A stretch of 64,000 nt of DNA from Octopus vulgaris. Taxonomy: Eukaryota. The notes under the pieces are model-generated. The model saw nothing but the letters and a program-made list of their open reading frames with translations. It made no database searches and was not told the origin of the DNA. The DNA lies in assembly GCA_951406725.2 (NCBI GenBank), contig OX597825.1, positions 8,804,001-8,868,000 of the forward strand, in the 5' to 3' direction. The position numbers were made by a program, and so were the translations under genes. The stretch's first letter is position 1. Each line of letters starts with the position of its first letter. Below are positions 60,091-64,000 of the stretch, one piece after another.

Positions 60091-60499
60091 GAGATGAAAT
60101 TGCATCATTAATAAGACAGCTACGGCTGATAGTAGCCGTGCATTTAATAATGATGCAGAATTTATAATAAGGTCATCAAGTAAACGTCAACCAAACTAAT
60201 ATTTTCAGTTAAATTGTTTTTAATGCTGCTACAATGCAATTTGGAAAAAAATCCGGGAAAATAAACAAAAAGAAAATATTCACAATGTCCACTTTTCCCT
60301 TATATGGTGTGGCTGTTATAATAATTTTATTGCTATTTCACAACACGTTTCATATGATATACAGTAGTTTCGTTATTAATTAAAATTATATCTCGTTTAA
60401 AACAGTGTTAAGTAAAAGTTATATACAAAACAATTGTTGTGGTGAATTATAATCATTATCATTAATATTATCAGTATTTAGGAATAAAGGTTTCAGATA

Positions 60500-61140
60500 T
60501 TGCGACAAGCGCAGCCATTTTGGGGTAGAGGGGGAGCCGATTACTTCGACCGCAATGTTTTACTGGTACTTAATTTACCTATTTCTCTACTACCCACAAG
60601 GGGCTAAACAGAGAGGGGATAAACAAGGAGAGACAAACGGATTAAATCGATTACATCGACACCAGTGCGTAACTGGTACCTATTTAATCGACCCCGAAAG
60701 GATGAAAGGCAAAGTTGACCTCGGTGGAATTTGAACTCAGAACGTAAAGACAGACGAATTGCCGCTAAGCATTTTTCCCAGGTGGATAACGATTCTTTTC
60801 TACTCTAGGCACAAGGCTAGACATTTTGGGAGAATGTCCAGTCGATTATATCGATCCAAGTGCGCAACTGATACTTAATTTATCGACATCGAAAGAATGA
60901 AAAGCGAAGTCGACTCCGGCGGAATTTGAACTCGAAACGTAAAGACAGACGACAGACCTATTTCTTTACTGCCCACAAGAGGCTAAACAGAGAGGAGACA
61001 AATAAAGACAGACAGACGGATTAAGTCGTTTATATAGACCTCAGTGCGTAACTGGTACTTAATTTATAGACCCCGAAAGGATGAAAGGCAAAGTCGACCT
61101 CGGCGGAATTTGAACCCAGGACGTAGAGGCAGACGAAATT
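60500..61140 (-). mobile_element. SINE family D concatemer (about four partial units); a plus-strand fragment follows at 61141-61250
   Basis: Repeated GACCCCGAAAGGATGAAAGGCAAAGTCGACC blocks near 60690, 60885 and 61070. Tail junctions CCTATTTCT at about 60577 and 60957. Confidence 0.88.
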
Positions 61141-61279
61141 TCTCCTTCATCCCTCCGGTGTCGAGAAAATGAATTCCAGTTCGACACTAGTCGATGTGAT
61201 TACCATAACGGATAGTCTACAAAATTGCTGGACTCGTGCCAAAATTTAAAGACCTTATTATTAAACATCATTATATCTA

Positions 61280-61423
61280 ATGTTCCATCACCATCACTAC
61301 TACAGCCATTATCATCATCATCACAGTAATTGCCGTCTTCATCGTCGTAATCATCATCCTCATCATCATCCTCATCACCATTATTTTCTCAATTGTGGAT
61401 GTTTTAACTGTTGTTGTTGTTGC

Positions 61424-61484
<61 letters not shown>

Positions 61485-61502
61485 ATTATTATCATCATCA
61501 TT
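61280..61502. repeat. (CAT)n/(GTT)n/(ATT)n microsatellite
   Basis: Read directly. Confidence 0.93.
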
Positions 61503-62449
61503 ACCTAGATCAAAACGTAATGATCTCCATATTGCTAGTACTTCAATGACCGTATCTCACATCAGTGGTAATATCTAATCGGAAAATAATATAAAATAAA
61601 ATCTTAATTCTTTACATGCAATTTTTCAAAGAACTTATTTATAATAATTATATACTTTTGGGTAAAATATCAAACATCATAAAACGAATTCGTTCTAAAT
61701 ATCAACGTATAGATTGCATTTAGAAAATATGTCGATGACCGCTATTGCAATATGAACATTGGTAAAACACCACTCGTTAACGGAAATGTTGTTATAAATT
61801 TAGAGAAGTCACAATTATGATGCATTCGCCAGTTTATTGTATATATTTGAAGACCAAAGTACGCAATAATTATGTTCGAAATTGCAGCGATATTCGGCTC
61901 ATGAATGAAAATGGTGACTTCAAGAATACTGGAGTTGTATCGAAGGAAATCATAAAAAATAAAAAGTTAAACGTTTTCAATTGTTGCAATCGGCGATACC
62001 ATAACTAGATAGGATTTCAGAGCACTCCAGTTCAATAAATATTCTCAATAATAAGATAATACACTTCCCAGCTCAACATTCAAGCTGACTGCTATTATAT
62101 CGTTTCATTCATATCGATCGAGTGTCTACAGCATTCTACCGAGGTCCAAAACAAGACCATCAAGAAATACATGTATTCTACGATGTGGAATACTTCTGAG
62201 TATAAACAATTACAGTGTAATACTCGGGAATTCTTTTAAAGGAATATTTCATTTTTATTACTCCCTATTTCGGAAACAAGAACATGTCTAACAAGAAAGG
62301 GAAACAAAACGCCTAATTTAAACGATGAAATCGAGGGAGAATATGCAGATTATGTCCAATTCATTTAGGCAAATTAACGCCTGTTAACAAACCTCTTTAG
62401 CAATCACAAATTAACACACTTCAGATAGAAAAGAATTAAAGAAAAGCAA

Positions 62450-63670
62450 TATAATAATAAAAAAATGCCCCCGTGGATTAGCAAATAGCAAATATTCTTG
62501 CTGACCATCAGAGTAGAATCAGTTGAATGTCCTTGCTTATCACATTTAAACAGACGAATAATTAAACTCCCCTCAAAGAAAGAATGAAAAATAAAAGAGA
62601 AACTACGTTTACAGACTGTAAGAGAACATTTGATTAGAAACTCCATTAAAACACGTACTAAGACTCTCAGTGAAAAATTCCAGTATGAGAAGAGTGTAGC
62701 TGAAAGAAAGATTATCAAGACGTTTAATGGAAACTAATCGGCAATTTACAGAGACATGAGAGCGCAATCAATAAATGTTACTGATGCTGCTTCTCAGAAA
62801 GTTATAAATTTATTCCGGAGAAAAATACCAAGTGAGGTAGAGGAATTTCAGTCAGTGAGCAGAGGGATTGTAAGATACGAAAGAAATACTGGCGTCGCTG
62901 CTATATTAAATCAAAACATTAAACCATCAATTATTAGAATCTTGAGATTATTAATCAAACATTTTGGAAAGAAAAATAAAGGAAAATGACTTGACTCGAG
63001 AAGATTCCGTAATAAATATCTTATGGGAATTTACTGACCAACTCTCACTGGAATATAAATATGTCAAGCGTAATGAAATTGGCGGAAATACACTGATATC
63101 CACTCGCTTGGTGAAATATTAATGGCTAAATACATAGGTTAATTCATTTAAAGAAAAAACTATTTGGTCTATCCGAATTCTTTCCTCTAGGAACACGAAA
63201 GTAGCTTCTGCTATTTACTGAACCATTCTGAAATATAACACGGATATAATTGAATTCCTTAGACTACACAAGTTCTATATAGAATTATGAAGGCGATAAT
63301 CAGACCGATTTTGGCCGCACCACCATTTTGTGATGGAATGTAAGAAGTCGTTCATCTGCCAGGTGCATAGTATAGTTTCTCAATAATAAAAATCAAGGAA
63401 TAGTTTATTTGTAATGCGGTCTACAATTCTATTTTCAGCGTATATGTGTTGCAGATTCTACTAGTCACTTCTCCCATTATTTTGTTCAGATCTCAAGGAC
63501 ATATAATTGCAACCCAGGATGACAGAAACACTAAATTAAAACACATGTTTGTGTGGGCTACTCCACAATTTACTAGGAAAATGTATTGCAAGGAAATGCT
63601 TTGGTCTATTACGATATATCTAAAAGTTAAATGCAAGGAGTATGGCGAAGAAACATCATTTTGGCTGTAA
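62450..63670 (+). mobile_element. Decayed R4/Dong-like non-LTR element with internal deletion
   Basis: KKMPPWI, AERKIIKTFNGN*SAIYRDM..SQKVINLF, then the finger-region blocks QGHIIATQD and KCKEYGEET. Confidence 0.55.
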
Positions 63671-63699
63671 AACAATCGTAAACGAAATGCACACCAACT

Positions 63700-64000
63700 G
63701 TATCCGTTTGACAACATTTGATAATTGCCAACTGTTCCGGAGAATTCAAGTGGTTCCAACCACTGCTGTTTCCTGAAAGTGCTCCACCCTTATTGCAGTC
63801 GATATTTGTTCCATGTACTTCTTGAGATATTGGCTCACTGTTCCCAGGGCCCGAAAATTATTGGTACTACTTTTTCCTCGACACAAATGCTTAACCTCCC
63901 AAGCTAACCTGTCATATCTATCGACTTTTCTTTCTTCCTTATCGCATATTTTGCTGGGCGTGCTATATATATGATAGAGCATCGTTTGTCTGGTTTCCTA
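63700..64000 (-). mobile_element. R4/Dong-like restriction-like endonuclease (REL) C-terminus, continues beyond the window
   Basis: KICDKEERKVDRYDRLAWEVK..RALGTVSQYLKKYMEQI...VEHFQETAVVGT matches the REL pattern KE.EK..KY..L..E...GALG.V...L...LQK.A.LGT. Confidence 0.8.

Overview
AT-rich, microsatellite-saturated eukaryotic DNA with no recognisable intact host gene. The repeat families (several tRNA-derived SINEs, Tx1/L1, CR1-like, R4/Dong-like, Penelope-like, mariner/maT and Helitron relics) look like an intergenic or intronic stretch of an octopus-type cephalopod genome; this taxon call is my inference. Nearly all long ORFs in the track are microsatellite read-throughs or TE fragments. Main observations: (1) a Tx1/L1-clade retrotransposon whose two young copies both sit in same-strand (TCTA)n tracts, suggesting a GATA/TCTA-microsatellite-targeted family; (2) one of those copies is a 242-bp fold-back palindrome; (3) several minimal hammerhead-ribozyme motifs, one with a U3-A8 compensatory core and one overlapped by a competing perfect hairpin; (4) an exact CTAG|TC head-to-tail Helitron junction; (5) SINEs that swap head and tail modules, share a 3' tail with a CR1-like LINE in the window, and form self-concatemers. 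All calls are by eye, without alignment tools, so edges of degenerate elements are approximate.
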